Shown here piece after piece: positions 18,133 through 28,566 of a stretch of 63,316 nucleotides of DNA (the first letter of the stretch is position 1; each line of letters opens with the position of its first letter). The notes under the pieces were generated by a model. It saw only the letters and a program-made list of their open reading frames with translations, was not told the DNA's origin and did no database searches. The translations under genes and the position numbers were made by a program. Location: NCBI GenBank assembly GCA_029210695.1, contig JARGFH010000016.1, positions 1 to 63,316 on the forward strand, written 5' to 3'. Origin of the DNA: Acidimicrobiia bacterium (GTDB lineage Bacteria; Actinomycetota; Acidimicrobiia; Spongiisociales; JAHEDJ01).

Positions 18133-18954
18133 CTACGGCGCGCCGGGCGAATCCACCGGCAAGTCGAACCGAATGACTGCATAGGCCAGCAACGCCGAGC
18201 CACCGGCGGGGAGTTCGCCTGGAAGGCCATCGCGACGAAAGGCGCCGAGCCGCTCGGCGAAAAAGCCCTGCGCACGCTCATGGGAACGCTCGACAGCCTC
18301 CCCAACCACGGAACCTGCCTCGTCGAGTTGCCCGGCCCTGACTAGATATTCGATGAGGCTCAGCTCTGTCACGTGGCCAATCAGGGAGGTGGGATTGGGG
18401 AGGCCACCATCGAGGAGGCGCCGCATGGATTCGATCCACGGCAAGGCTGCACCCTCGATCGTTTCGACGATGTCGGCGGTGGCATCCGGTCGGATGGTGG
18501 AGTCCACCAGGTTCCACTCGAGCCACCGGGGAGGGTCGAGCAGATGCCCCAGATGACGTCGTGCCACTTCGTCCCCGGTCGCCAGGGGTTGCCCGATCTC
18601 CTTCCGCCACTTGCCGATCGTGCGGTCGCCGAGGTGGATTTGAACCCAGAGGCCGACGAGTTCTCCCGCTACGTTCAGCCGGTTTGACACGAACTCCACC
18701 CTGGCGGAGATGTCACCATCCCGACGGCTCAAGTGAGGCCCGCTCCTGGCGTAGCGCCAACCCGATCCGGAGAAATGGCCTGCTACCGCGTCGACCACCG
18801 ACATGAACACGGCTCTCGGGGTCTCGACCCCGGGCCGACGGGGCGCAAACCGGCCGATGGCCTTGTCCTGGGCGATCTGCCGGATCAGCTCGTCGGTCGT
18901 CTCCGCCGTCCGGCGACCAGCGTTACCCGGTTTGCGCTTTCCCGGCCATGGCAT
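18133..18954 (-). CDS. Hypothetical protein (DUF4304-like)
   Basis: Long ORF with typical GC3 bias; the family call is weak. Confidence 0.5.
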   Translation of the reverse strand: MPWPGKRKPGNAGRRTAETTDELIRQIAQDKAIGRFAPRRPGVETPRAVFMSVVDAVAGHFSGSGWRYARSGPHLSRRDGDISARVEFVSNRLNVAGELVGLWVQIHLGDRTIGKWRKEIGQPLATGDEVARRHLGHLLDPPRWLEWNLVDSTIRPDATADIVETIEGAALPWIESMRRLLDGGLPNPTSLIGHVTELSLIEYLVRAGQLDEAGSVVGEAVERSHERAQGFFAERLGAFRRDGLPGELPAGGSALLAYAVIRFDLPVDSPGAP

Positions 18955-19113
18955 CTCCCAAGCATAGGAAACGCGCCGGATTCCGACGGTCGCCCTGTCG
19001 AGGCACGGTCGTTTAGCTCTCGCGACCGGAGGCAGTCGTAGCGTTCCACGGAGCATCGCCTGACAGGTCGCTTCGATACGCGGTTGGACCTATTCTGTTG
19101 CGAGGGAGGAATC

Positions 19114-20208
19114 GTGACTTTCCAGACAGAATTCAAGAGCCCGCTGCATCAGACCGTCTCTACGACGAAGACCGACTTCTGGAACGACTCCTGTTCGATC
19201 TCCGAACTCACCTACGCGATCGAGCACGGGGCAGTAGGTGCGACGAGCAACCCGACGATCGTCGAGCAGGTGCTCCGGCTGGAACGGGACCTTTGGAACG
19301 ACCGAATCCACCACGTGATTGCCGAGAATCCTTCGTGGACCGATGAAGACGTGATGTGGAAGATCTTCGAGGAGATCGGCGTCAAAGGCGCCGAACTGCT
19401 CCTTCCGGTTTTCGAATGGGAAGAAGGCAAGAAGGGCCGATTGTCGATTCAGACCAATCCGTCCAACTATCGGAACGTCGATCGAATGGTCGAACAGGCA
19501 GTTCACTTCGCCTCGCTTGCCCCCAATGTCCAGGTGAAGCTGCCGGTGACGAGCCAGGGTATCGTCGCGATCGAGGAAGCGACCTACCGGGGCGTGAACG
19601 TCAATGCGACGGTCAGTTTCACGGTACCGCAGGCAATCGCGGTCGGTGAAGCTGTGGATCGGGGCCTGGCGCGTCGCCAAGCAGAGGGTCTGCCCACAAA
19701 CGACATGACTCCCGTGTGCACGATCATGGTGGGACGAACCGACGACTGGATGCAGGTCGTGACCAAGCGGGACGGCATCATCGTGAACCCTTCGTATCTT
19801 CCCTGGGCAGGGGTGGCGGTCTTCAAAAAGGCCTACGGCATCTTCCAGCAGCGCGGGTTTGGGGCCCGGTTGCTGGCCGCCGCCTACCGGCACCACCTGC
19901 ACTGGTCCGAGTTCATAGGAGCCGATGCAATTCTGACGATTCCTTCGGGATGGCAAAAGCTGTTCAACGCTTCGCAGGTCGAAGTTCGTGAGCGGATGCA
20001 GATACCCGTGGATCCGAAGATCGTTGCCGAACTGAGCGATCGGATCCCGGACTTCCGCAGGGCATACGAGCCGGATGGCATGACCGAGATCGAATTCGAC
20101 ACTTATGGAGCCACGGTCAGAACACTGCGCGGCTTCATCGCTTCGTACCACGAGTTGATCAGAGTGATTCGTGAGGACTACATGCTCCCGAATCCGGATG
20201 TGAAGTAG
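19114..20208 (+). CDS. Transaldolase-family protein
   Basis: FWNDS, GATSNPTI, Schiff-base VKLP, NVNATVSF; RBS GGAGG. Confidence 0.88.
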   Translation: MTFQTEFKSPLHQTVSTTKTDFWNDSCSISELTYAIEHGAVGATSNPTIVEQVLRLERDLWNDRIHHVIAENPSWTDEDVMWKIFEEIGVKGAELLLPVFEWEEGKKGRLSIQTNPSNYRNVDRMVEQAVHFASLAPNVQVKLPVTSQGIVAIEEATYRGVNVNATVSFTVPQAIAVGEAVDRGLARRQAEGLPTNDMTPVCTIMVGRTDDWMQVVTKRDGIIVNPSYLPWAGVAVFKKAYGIFQQRGFGARLLAAAYRHHLHWSEFIGADAILTIPSGWQKLFNASQVEVRERMQIPVDPKIVAELSDRIPDFRRAYEPDGMTEIEFDTYGATVRTLRGFIASYHELIRVIREDYMLPNPDVK

Positions 20209-20333
20209 ACCCGGGAGGCCGGCGCCGATCCCAGCAGGCGGATCGGCGTTTCGAAGTCTCGGTGCAGCCGCGATCGAGCACGAACCGCCGCGAAAAGACC
20301 TGGTTCCGGCAAGCCAAACCAACTTCACGTCGT

Positions 20334-20347
20334 TGCAATCGATTGCC
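20334..20347. promoter_or_regulatory. LacI-type operator
   Basis: TGCAATCGATTGCC upstream of the gene starting at 20396. Confidence 0.75.
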
Positions 20348-20395
20348 GGACTAGCCTCTCGATGGCAGATTCACCAAGCCCGGAGGAACGCCCGC

Positions 20396-21550
20396 ATGAC
20401 AAACGAGCTCGGCTTCGCCCCGTCGGAAGACCCATTCGTCGTCCAGCACGGCGGCTTCTACCGGCGCTGGCTATCGATGATCGACGACCTCGACGAGTTG
20501 CAGACCACGGTGGCAACGCTCAAAGGCACCACCCAGGATCTCTGGGTACCGGTGTGGCGGGAGGCCGGCCTCAGACACGAACAAGAGGGCGACCGGCAGG
20601 AACTCCTCGGTGACTACCAACGAGCGCGCAAGGAGTTCCTCCAGGCCAAGACCTACTACGCGATCGGGAGGTTTCCCGCAGAGATAACAGACGTCAAACG
20701 AACAATCAGCGATGACTGTGCCCGCGCATATCGCAAGGCCTGTGCCCATCTCGACCCGCCACTCGAGGTAGTGGAGGTGCCCCATCAGGGCGCGACAATC
20801 CGATCGCACTTTCGGGCTCCCGCCGAAGCCTCCGGCAACCAGCCGGTGCCGGCCGTGCTAATCATGTGTGGAGCAGACGTATTCAAGGAGGACCGCGGCT
20901 GGGCCGGCGACATGGCTCTCGACCAGGGCATGGCCTCACTGGTTATGGATGCGCCGGGAACCGGCGAGAACCCCTTCCCGTGGGCCCCCGAGTCGGTGTC
21001 TGCCTGGGAAGCAGCGCTGGACTGGCTGGCGGATCGGCCCGAAGTGGACGCAGATCGCATCGGGGCCTTCGGTATCTCACGCGGCGGATATTCGGTGATG
21101 CAGTTGGCCGGAGTTGCACCAACCAAGGTCAAAGCCGTGGCGGCCAACGCTGGTCACCCTTTCGGGTATCGCATGAGCGACGAGGAACTTGATGTGTTCG
21201 TCGACCACGCCAATCAGCGTGCTTCATGGCAATTCGGTGAGCCCGGGGGTCCCGGATTCTTCCCCTCCACCTCGCGCGAAGAAGAACGGGAGAAGTTCGC
21301 CACATGGGCCCTGTCGGAGCAAGGCATCCTCGAGAACATAACTATGCCCGTGCTCATGATCAACGGCAAGCATGATCACCTGGCGCCGATCGGCAACATC
21401 TACTTCATGTTCGAGAACGGCCCCGTGACGGGCAAGGAGGCTCGCATCTACGCTGACGCCGGCCACTGCGCCTTCAAGTACTTCGACGATTGGGCGCCGG
21501 CCACCTTCCGGTGGCTGGCCGACAAGCTCGGGGGCGGGCAGCCTTCTTGA
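20396..21550 (+). CDS. Alpha/beta hydrolase (FrsA / 2,6-dihydroxypseudooxynicotine hydrolase-like)
   Basis: DAPGTGE, GISRGG nucleophile elbow, NGKHD, GHC. Confidence 0.8.
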   Translation: MTNELGFAPSEDPFVVQHGGFYRRWLSMIDDLDELQTTVATLKGTTQDLWVPVWREAGLRHEQEGDRQELLGDYQRARKEFLQAKTYYAIGRFPAEITDVKRTISDDCARAYRKACAHLDPPLEVVEVPHQGATIRSHFRAPAEASGNQPVPAVLIMCGADVFKEDRGWAGDMALDQGMASLVMDAPGTGENPFPWAPESVSAWEAALDWLADRPEVDADRIGAFGISRGGYSVMQLAGVAPTKVKAVAANAGHPFGYRMSDEELDVFVDHANQRASWQFGEPGGPGFFPSTSREEEREKFATWALSEQGILENITMPVLMINGKHDHLAPIGNIYFMFENGPVTGKEARIYADAGHCAFKYFDDWAPATFRWLADKLGGGQPS

Positions 21551-21667
21551 CATCGCCGCCGATAGCACCGTCATCGGTGCGTCTATTGGCGCAACCGCTT
21601 TGATGGCCGGTGTGGTGCTGGTCGTCTCCGGCGTCGCGCTGACCGCCGGTCAGTCACCCGTCTTCCG

Positions 21668-22528
21668 TTAATCAGCCAACACTTCTGCAACAGACGGCGG
21701 CAATGAGGAATCCGGCGGAGGACTGAAACTGATCAGGATGTGGTCGGCACCTGCCGCCCGGTAGGCCGCCACGCGCTCAACCGTTTCAGAAAGGTCGCCG
21801 GAGAATCTGAACTGCACCGACACTTCGATCTCGCCCGGGTCGCGCCCGATCTCCGCGCACGATTCGACGAGCAAGGCTTTCCGGTTCCGGAAGAGGTCCA
21901 GATCGTTGGTGTAGTCGGGGAAATTCCATTGGTCGGCCCATTTGGCCGCCAGCGGGATGGTCCGGCGGGGGCCTGTCCCCCCTATCACAAAGGGCGGGCG
22001 CGGGGTTTGGATCGGTTTGGGCTCGAAGACCGCCCCGGTGATCGTTCGATAGGTTCCCTCGAAACTGAACACCTCCTCGGTCATCAGGCCATGCAGAATC
22101 GCGAACGTTTCGTCGAGCAGTTCGAAGCGCTCCGATATTGGAGGGAGGTCAATTCCAAACGCCCGATGCTCCCCTTCGTGCCAACCGGCGCCCACGCCGA
22201 TCTCGACCCTGCCGCCGGACATGCGGTCCAGGGTCACCGCTTGCTTGGCGAGAACTGCTGGATGGCGGAACGTATTGGCGCTCAACATCGCTCCGAAGCG
22301 AATTCGCTGTGTGACCGCCGCCAATCCGCCGAAAAGGGTCCACGAGTCCATGATCGGTGAAGCCGGGTCAGATTTGGGCGGATGCAGATGATCGTTGAGC
22401 CACACTGCGTCCCAGAATCCGCCCTGATCCGCTTCGACCCAGACGTCACGGAGCTGCGCCCAATCTGCATCCTGCGACCAGACTTTGAACGAGTACCGCA
22501 CCCTAGGACCCGCTTCCTCACGTTCCAT
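21668..22528 (-). CDS. LLM-class (probably F420-dependent) oxidoreductase
   Basis: WLNDH, FRHPAVLAK, TLDRMSGGR, GAGWHEGEH, P..IGG.G. Confidence 0.88.
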   Translation of the reverse strand: MEREEAGPRVRYSFKVWSQDADWAQLRDVWVEADQGGFWDAVWLNDHLHPPKSDPASPIMDSWTLFGGLAAVTQRIRFGAMLSANTFRHPAVLAKQAVTLDRMSGGRVEIGVGAGWHEGEHRAFGIDLPPISERFELLDETFAILHGLMTEEVFSFEGTYRTITGAVFEPKPIQTPRPPFVIGGTGPRRTIPLAAKWADQWNFPDYTNDLDLFRNRKALLVESCAEIGRDPGEIEVSVQFRFSGDLSETVERVAAYRAAGADHILISFSPPPDSSLPPSVAEVLAD

Positions 22529-22542
22529 CGGACGGATTCCCG

Positions 22543-23439
22543 CTACTTCAGGTACCGATCCAGGTAGCCCAGCACATGGGTAATGGCTTCGTGCTGGACG
22601 TCGTTGACTTCGTAATCGCCGCCGGCGCCGCGCTTTGGATAGACGTAGCCATGGAGGTCGTGGTCGTACGAAACCCAATCGACCTCTTTGCCGGCCTCGA
22701 CAAGCAGGTCGTAGTTGAGACGGAATATCCCTTGCAGTTCGTCCGTCTCACGCCCCATCACAAGAATGGGGGTTTGGATACCTGAGATCCGCTCCATAGC
22801 AAGTGGATAATCGATCCTGCGACGTACCTTCTCGACCTCCGTCATCATCATCGACTCAATGTTCCGCAGCTGCGTGTCCTCATTGACGAACGCCGTGTCG
22901 TCGGGAGTCAGGGCCAGATACTCATGCGACGCGGGCTCGCTGGCGACGGCCACCGCCGCTCCGTGGTACTCGGAAGCGAGCTTCATCACCATCTCGCCCC
23001 CATGGCTCATGCCGATCAGCCCCACCCGGTCCGGGTCGACATAGGGAAGAGTCTTGACGTATTCGATGATGGCGATCTCGTCCTCATATTCGAGCGGTGA
23101 GCGATTGAACAGCTCCCGACCCTGCCGCATGTCGCGAATCAGTGGTCCACCGTTGTGGTAGCCGAGCTCGACTTCAGTCCGATACCGCAGCCACGCGCAG
23201 GCGTAACCGGCCTCAACCAGCCGATCCATGATGTAGCCCCGGTTGGCTATTGCGTCGCGGATCCAAGGCATCCCCTCTCCACCGTTGCCGGATGCCAGTA
23301 GAACGACGGGAAATGGTCCATCGCCGTCGGGCCTTCGCATGCCGATCGGCGCATAGAGGCCGTCCCAGACCTCGATGTACATCAGATCGCATTCGGCGCC
23401 GGCGATCGTCTCGGTTACAACCACGCGTTCAGAATCCAC
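22543..23439 (-). CDS. Alpha/beta hydrolase (S9-peptidase/dienelactone hydrolase-like)
   Basis: DPDRVGLIGMSHGG; C-terminal HG. Confidence 0.75.
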   Translation of the reverse strand: MDSERVVVTETIAGAECDLMYIEVWDGLYAPIGMRRPDGDGPFPVVLLASGNGGEGMPWIRDAIANRGYIMDRLVEAGYACAWLRYRTEVELGYHNGGPLIRDMRQGRELFNRSPLEYEDEIAIIEYVKTLPYVDPDRVGLIGMSHGGEMVMKLASEYHGAAVAVASEPASHEYLALTPDDTAFVNEDTQLRNIESMMMTEVEKVRRRIDYPLAMERISGIQTPILVMGRETDELQGIFRLNYDLLVEAGKEVDWVSYDHDLHGYVYPKRGAGGDYEVNDVQHEAITHVLGYLDRYLK

Positions 23440-23544
23440 CAGATTCTCCTTCTTGCCTATCGACTACCGGGACGCCATGAGACTCCCGGTCGGGCTTTGC
23501 GAGCTTACCGGCGAGGACAGATCCGAGCACCCGCCCCGGCCCAA

Positions 23545-24606
23545 TCATCCCGACGAAACCCCAACTGAGTCGAGGAAGGGTCGCACCTCGACGGCTTTGC
23601 CGTTGAGTCGACTCGACTCGATGGCAGTGTGGACGATGGCGAGTGCTCGAATGGCGTCGTCCACCTGTACCTCGACGATTGCCTGTCCCCGGGCTGCGCG
23701 TGCGAACTCCTCGAGTTGCTCGCGGAACATGTCGGTTGCGGGAAGGTCGACCGGAGTGCGTTCCTGCTGCCCGTATGCCTGCGAAACCAGACTCGACCAG
23801 GCATCCGCCTCGTGAGCATCATCCCAATGCGAGAAGTCGAGGTCATACATCAGGTTCTGCCGGCTCCCCTGCAACCGGATCTGATAGATCCCGGGAGAGG
23901 CCCAACCGCAACCTAGATAGCCGAGAGCTCCAGACTCGAACTCCAGGATCGCCATCGTGGTGTCCGGCACCTCGGCACTGGTGTACAACTTCCGCGTGTG
24001 GGCAGACACAGCCGCAACCGGGCCGAGCAAGTACTGGAGGTTGTCGGCGTGATGAACTCCCAGTTGGATCAGCGGGCCCCCAGGTGTCTTCGACAGGTAC
24101 CAACGCCAGGTCTCCGGCGTGAGTTCGAGCCCGCGTTCGTTGGAGAAGTTCGCCTCGACCATCGAAACGCCACCGACCGTGCCGTCTTCGATCCACCGTT
24201 TCATAACCCGACTACCGGCCAGGCGTCGAGCACTGTGCCCGACCGCGAAGACGCCACCGGTTTGATCAACGACCTTCTTGATGGCCAGGGCATCTTCGAG
24301 CGTCTGGGCGATCGGTTTGTCGGTATATACGGCTTTGCCCGCTTCGAGTGCCCTGATGATCAGGTCCTTGTGAGTGTCATTGGGAGTCGTGATGACAACG
24401 CCCTCGACGTCGGGGTCGCTCAACAGCTCCTCGTAGGAGGCGGCCGACTTGGGTACACCGTATTCTTCCTGAAAGGCGGTACGGCTGTCCTTGGATCGCG
24501 AGAAGCACGAATACAGCTCGACTAAATCGCCTCGTTGGGCACCGCGCGCCAGCACCCTGGCCCAACGACCAAGACCAACGGATGCAAGCCGAACCTTGTC
24601 ACTCAT
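23545..24606 (-). CDS. Gfo/Idh/MocA family oxidoreductase
   Basis: VGLGRW, TPNDTH, GKAVYTDKPIA, GGPLIQLGVH. Confidence 0.9.
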   Translation of the reverse strand: MSDKVRLASVGLGRWARVLARGAQRGDLVELYSCFSRSKDSRTAFQEEYGVPKSAASYEELLSDPDVEGVVITTPNDTHKDLIIRALEAGKAVYTDKPIAQTLEDALAIKKVVDQTGGVFAVGHSARRLAGSRVMKRWIEDGTVGGVSMVEANFSNERGLELTPETWRWYLSKTPGGPLIQLGVHHADNLQYLLGPVAAVSAHTRKLYTSAEVPDTTMAILEFESGALGYLGCGWASPGIYQIRLQGSRQNLMYDLDFSHWDDAHEADAWSSLVSQAYGQQERTPVDLPATDMFREQLEEFARAARGQAIVEVQVDDAIRALAIVHTAIESSRLNGKAVEVRPFLDSVGVSSG

Positions 24607-24686
24607 CGTTCCTCCATATCCGCTTCGGATCTCGAGATCGTCACAAACACCCGTTCCTCGATCGTCGATACGAACCCCAATATCAC

Positions 24687-24736
24687 TTGACGCCGCAATT
24701 TCCCCCATTATGGTCATTTCGTGCAATCGATTGCAC
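24687..24736 (+). promoter_or_regulatory. Sigma70-type promoter with an overlapping perfect LacI-type operator
   Basis: TTGACG-N16-TATGGT, then the 16-bp palindrome GTGCAATCGATTGCAC (24721-24736). Confidence 0.82.
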
Positions 24737-24781
24737 ACCGTCAGGCGTAGCCAAACGATCTACGCCCGCTGAGGAGGAAGA

Positions 24782-26515
24782 ATGCCCACTCGCAACCGTG
24801 GCTCCCGCAAAGCTCGAGGATGGTTCGCGCTACTCATCGTCTTTGCGTTGGTCGTAGCCGCCTGTTCATCGAGCGACGACAGCTCGGACACGACAACACC
24901 CGGCGCAACGGATACAACTGCCGCTGGAGGAGGAGACCCCTCCGATGTCCAGAACCCCGGTGTATTCGTTCATGCTGCCGATGATGAGCCAACTACGCTC
25001 GATCCGGCTCAGGTCGAACCGGGCGAAGGCGGGGAGACGATGATCCTCCAGGTTTACGAGCGACTCCTCGAGATTGCTCCGGTCGGACCGGACCTCGTCC
25101 CGTCGATATCTACGGAAGTACCGACGCTGGACAACGGCCTCATCTCGGCAGACGGTCTGACGTTCACCTTCCCAATCCGACAGGACGTTGTCTTTCACGA
25201 CGGCAGCCCGCTCACGGCCCAAGATGTCAAGTACTCGTGGGATCGGGTCATGACGATGGACCTTCCCGAGTCGGCCGCCGACTTGCTCAACGACACCGTC
25301 GTTGAGACGAGAGTCGTTGACGAGTTCACCTTCGAGGTGGTTCTCCAAGAACGGAGTGCTTCATTCCTGCGTGCCGTCGTGACATCAATGGTCGCCTCGG
25401 TCGTCAGCGAGGACGCGGTCGAGGCCAACGGCGGGATCGTGGCGGGCGAACCGAACGAGTTCATGTCCACGAACATGGTCGGAACCGGACCCTACAAGTT
25501 CGTCGTATGGAACCGGAACGAAAACCTCCAGTTCGAGATCTTCGAGGATTATTGGGGCACACCGGCCAACCTCGACTTGCGGGTTGAGATCGGATCTGAT
25601 CCGGATGTGCGGGTTCTCGGCTTGCGCGCCGGCAACTTCGACATGATCGAGACCGACCCCTCGTTCATCGGCGACCTGGAGGGCGCCGACGGTGTTGTCA
25701 TCTACAGCGGAGGCCTTCTGCTCGAGCCGATTCACATCGGTTTCAATCTCAACATGCCGGAGGATGAGCTTCCGGACGAGGACACGATCTCCGGTGACTT
25801 CTTCAACGATCCGAGGATTCGTCAAGCGTTCAACTATGCCTACGACTACAACGCCTTCCTAGAGGGAGCTCTTGGCGGATTCGGGGACTTCAACCCCCAC
25901 TACATTCCAATCGGCGTGTTCGGATATGACCCGACGGCACCGTTGTACGACAAGCAGGATCTGGCCAAGGCCGAGGAACTCTTCCGCGCTGCGGGAGTGT
26001 GGGACGAAGGCTTCACGGTTTCGGTCATTACCGAGGAGGCCAACCTCTTCGAGACTGCTGCCCTGGTGCTGAAGGACTCCATCGAGGGCCTCAATCCGAA
26101 CTTCACGATCCGGGTACTGGCCGTCGCAGAAGCCCAATTCGACGATGCCCACGCATCCGACCCCGTGCCCTACGCAATGTGGGTCAAGAACGCCGACCCG
26201 TTCGCTGATCCAGATGCCTACCTGCAGGCGTACGCTCACCCGGATGGCGAGTGGGGTGTGGTTCACGGCTTCCGCAATGGCTACCAGGACCCTGATCGGA
26301 TCGCCGAACTCATCGACGAAGGCGCCCAGGAACTCGACGCTGACCGGCGAGCGGAAATCTACGCCGAGCTCCAGAGACTCCTCTACGAGGACCCGATGTG
26401 GCTCATCACTGCCCAAGAGGGTATTGCGAACGCTCATCGAGATTGGGTGGAAGGATTCGTCCTCAACCCGCTCTGGCCGCGTCCAAACGTCAAGTTCGCG
26501 CTTTTCGACAAGTAG
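24782..26515 (+). CDS. ABC transporter substrate-binding lipoprotein, family 5 (Dpp/Opp-like)
   Basis: Lipobox VAAC, TLDPA, FHDGSPLTAQDV, GTGPYK. Confidence 0.92.
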   Translation: MPTRNRGSRKARGWFALLIVFALVVAACSSSDDSSDTTTPGATDTTAAGGGDPSDVQNPGVFVHAADDEPTTLDPAQVEPGEGGETMILQVYERLLEIAPVGPDLVPSISTEVPTLDNGLISADGLTFTFPIRQDVVFHDGSPLTAQDVKYSWDRVMTMDLPESAADLLNDTVVETRVVDEFTFEVVLQERSASFLRAVVTSMVASVVSEDAVEANGGIVAGEPNEFMSTNMVGTGPYKFVVWNRNENLQFEIFEDYWGTPANLDLRVEIGSDPDVRVLGLRAGNFDMIETDPSFIGDLEGADGVVIYSGGLLLEPIHIGFNLNMPEDELPDEDTISGDFFNDPRIRQAFNYAYDYNAFLEGALGGFGDFNPHYIPIGVFGYDPTAPLYDKQDLAKAEELFRAAGVWDEGFTVSVITEEANLFETAALVLKDSIEGLNPNFTIRVLAVAEAQFDDAHASDPVPYAMWVKNADPFADPDAYLQAYAHPDGEWGVVHGFRNGYQDPDRIAELIDEGAQELDADRRAEIYAELQRLLYEDPMWLITAQEGIANAHRDWVEGFVLNPLWPRPNVKFALFDK

Positions 26516-26528
26516 ACGAGGAAAAAGA

Positions 26529-26558
26529 GGGGACGCCGGCCGTGCGGCCGGCGTCCCC
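26529..26558 (+). terminator. Stem-loop after the SBP gene (attenuating or mRNA-stabilising)
   Basis: GGGGACGCCGGCC-GTGC-GGCCGGCGTCCCC. Confidence 0.6.
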
Positions 26559-26626
26559 CAACAAACAGCCTGCTCCTGAATAGATCGACGTTGCCTGCAA
26601 ACGACCTCCACAAGGACTGAAGACTC

Positions 26627-27640
26627 ATGCAGATCAAGGACTACGTTCTCAGGAGGTTGATGATCCTCCCGATCCTCGTAATCGGCACTTCGATCATCGT
26701 CTTCACTCTCACCCGGGTCGGCGGCTCTCCAATCGGGATCTACCTCTCTCATGAGATGAGTCCCGCCGAGGTGGTGGAAATCGAGGAACGATTCCATCTC
26801 GACGAGCCACTCCCGGTGCAGTACGTCTATTGGGCACGAGGCGTCTTAGCCGGCGACCTGGGATGGTCCGGAGTCGCGGCGGCACCCGTCACACAGGTTT
26901 TCCCACAGAAGCTGGCCGCTTCGATGGAACTGGCGATCGCCTCGGCCATCGTGGCGGTGACACTGGGAATTGGCCTCGGGACATTCGCCGGGGCCAGGCG
27001 AAATCGGCTTCCCGATCACGTCACCCGTGTTGTATCTATCAGCGGCGCCAGCATGCCCTTGTTCTGGTTCGCCATCCTGTTGCTGATCGTATTCTGGGTG
27101 TACCTCGGTTGGTTCCCGATTGGGCGCAGTGACCCCGATATCTTCGGCCGCATTCAGCACCCCACCGGGCTGTACACGGTAGATGCGATCATCGCCGGTG
27201 ACTTTGGCGCTCTGCGTGATGCGGTCTGGCACCTCGTGCTGCCCGCCATCTCGATCGGCTACGGGGCGACGGCGATCATCGCCCGGATGATGCGCTCGTC
27301 ACTCATAGAAGAGCTTCAGGAGGATTACGTGGACGCAGCTCGGGCGAAGGGACTCCCCGAGCGCCTAGTCCTGCGGCGTCACGCTCGCCGGAATGCTCTG
27401 ATCCCGACTGTGACCGTGATCGGACTCAGCTTCGGTTTCCTACTGCAGGGCACAGTGGTCGCCGAGATCATTTTCCGCTGGCCCGGCCTGGGGCGTTGGA
27501 TGGCAGACGCGGTTCTTCGTGGGGACCAGGCCACGATCATGGCGTATGTCATGTTCACCAGCATCCTCTTCTTGTTCGTGAATCTCATAGTGGACGTTGT
27601 CTACGCATATCTCGACCGCCGAGTGGTATTGGGGGCCTGA
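26627..27640 (+). CDS. ABC permease (DppB-like)
   Basis: EAA loop DYVDAARAKGL; GDLGWS. Confidence 0.92.
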   Translation: MQIKDYVLRRLMILPILVIGTSIIVFTLTRVGGSPIGIYLSHEMSPAEVVEIEERFHLDEPLPVQYVYWARGVLAGDLGWSGVAAAPVTQVFPQKLAASMELAIASAIVAVTLGIGLGTFAGARRNRLPDHVTRVVSISGASMPLFWFAILLLIVFWVYLGWFPIGRSDPDIFGRIQHPTGLYTVDAIIAGDFGALRDAVWHLVLPAISIGYGATAIIARMMRSSLIEELQEDYVDAARAKGLPERLVLRRHARRNALIPTVTVIGLSFGFLLQGTVVAEIIFRWPGLGRWMADAVLRGDQATIMAYVMFTSILFLFVNLIVDVVYAYLDRRVVLGA

Positions 27641-27642
27641 CC

Positions 27643-28566
27643 ATGGTTGATATTTCAACTCCAGCGCCCGCCGTGGTGACCGAGTCAGCGGCCAGGGCTC
27701 GACTTCGTCGGGCCGGCGAGATCGCCAAGAACGTCGTGTCGAACCCGACCACCGTGGCCGGAATCATCATGATCGTGGCAATGTTATCGATGGCACTGCT
27801 GGCGCCGCTGATCACCGAACCGAACACCCCCGACGCGTATCAAATGCCCCGCGACTGGAGCGCCCTGAACGCGCCACCCGGCACCCCCGGCCATCCCCTG
27901 GGCACAACGAACACTGGAGGAGATGTCTATTACGGAATCGTATGGGGAGCGAGAACCTCGCTGCGCCTGTCCATCATCGTTGTGGCTATCACTGCCGCGG
28001 TAGGCGTCACCGTCGGAAGCATCGCCGGTTTCCGCGGGGGTCGTTTCGACGAGGTCCTCATGAGGATCGTCGATGTGTTTCTCTCCATTCCGGAACTCAT
28101 CTTCGCCCTTGCCATCGCCGCGGTGCTTGGACCCTCGTTCCGCAACATCATCCTCGCCCTGGCCGTCGTGTTCTGGGTGAAGTACGCCCGGATCATGCGC
28201 GCCCAAGTCATTCATGTGAAACAGAACGAGTATGTAGACGCGGCACGCGTCATCGGCGACTCACGACTGCGCATCTATTTCAAAGACGTCTTTCCAAACT
28301 CAATTACCCCGGTGATAGTGCAGGCCACACTCGACATGGGCCACATCGTGCTGGTCGGGGCAACCCTCAGCTTCATCGGCTTGGCCGAAGCCGGGCTCGC
28401 CGAATGGGGTGTTCTCGTCTCGGAGGGGCAAGTGGGTATATCGGCCGGGCGCTGGTGGGCTTCGACCTTTCCCGGCCTGATGGTGTTCATTTGGGCATTG
28501 GCCTTCAACCTCGTGGGCGATGGCCTACGCGACGTGCTTGATCCGCGAACGGAGACGAGCCGATGA
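27643..28566 (+). CDS. ABC permease (DppC-like)
   Basis: HPLGT, EYVDAARVIG, FNLVGDGLRDVLDPR. Confidence 0.92.
   Translation: MVDISTPAPAVVTESAARARLRRAGEIAKNVVSNPTTVAGIIMIVAMLSMALLAPLITEPNTPDAYQMPRDWSALNAPPGTPGHPLGTTNTGGDVYYGIVWGARTSLRLSIIVVAITAAVGVTVGSIAGFRGGRFDEVLMRIVDVFLSIPELIFALAIAAVLGPSFRNIILALAVVFWVKYARIMRAQVIHVKQNEYVDAARVIGDSRLRIYFKDVFPNSITPVIVQATLDMGHIVLVGATLSFIGLAEAGLAEWGVLVSEGQVGISAGRWWASTFPGLMVFIWALAFNLVGDGLRDVLDPRTETSR

Noticed and set aside
5229..19000. Intact prophage or ICE at tRNA-Pro
   Set aside because: The integrase is only a remnant, there are no phage structural or conjugation genes, and I found no second att copy.
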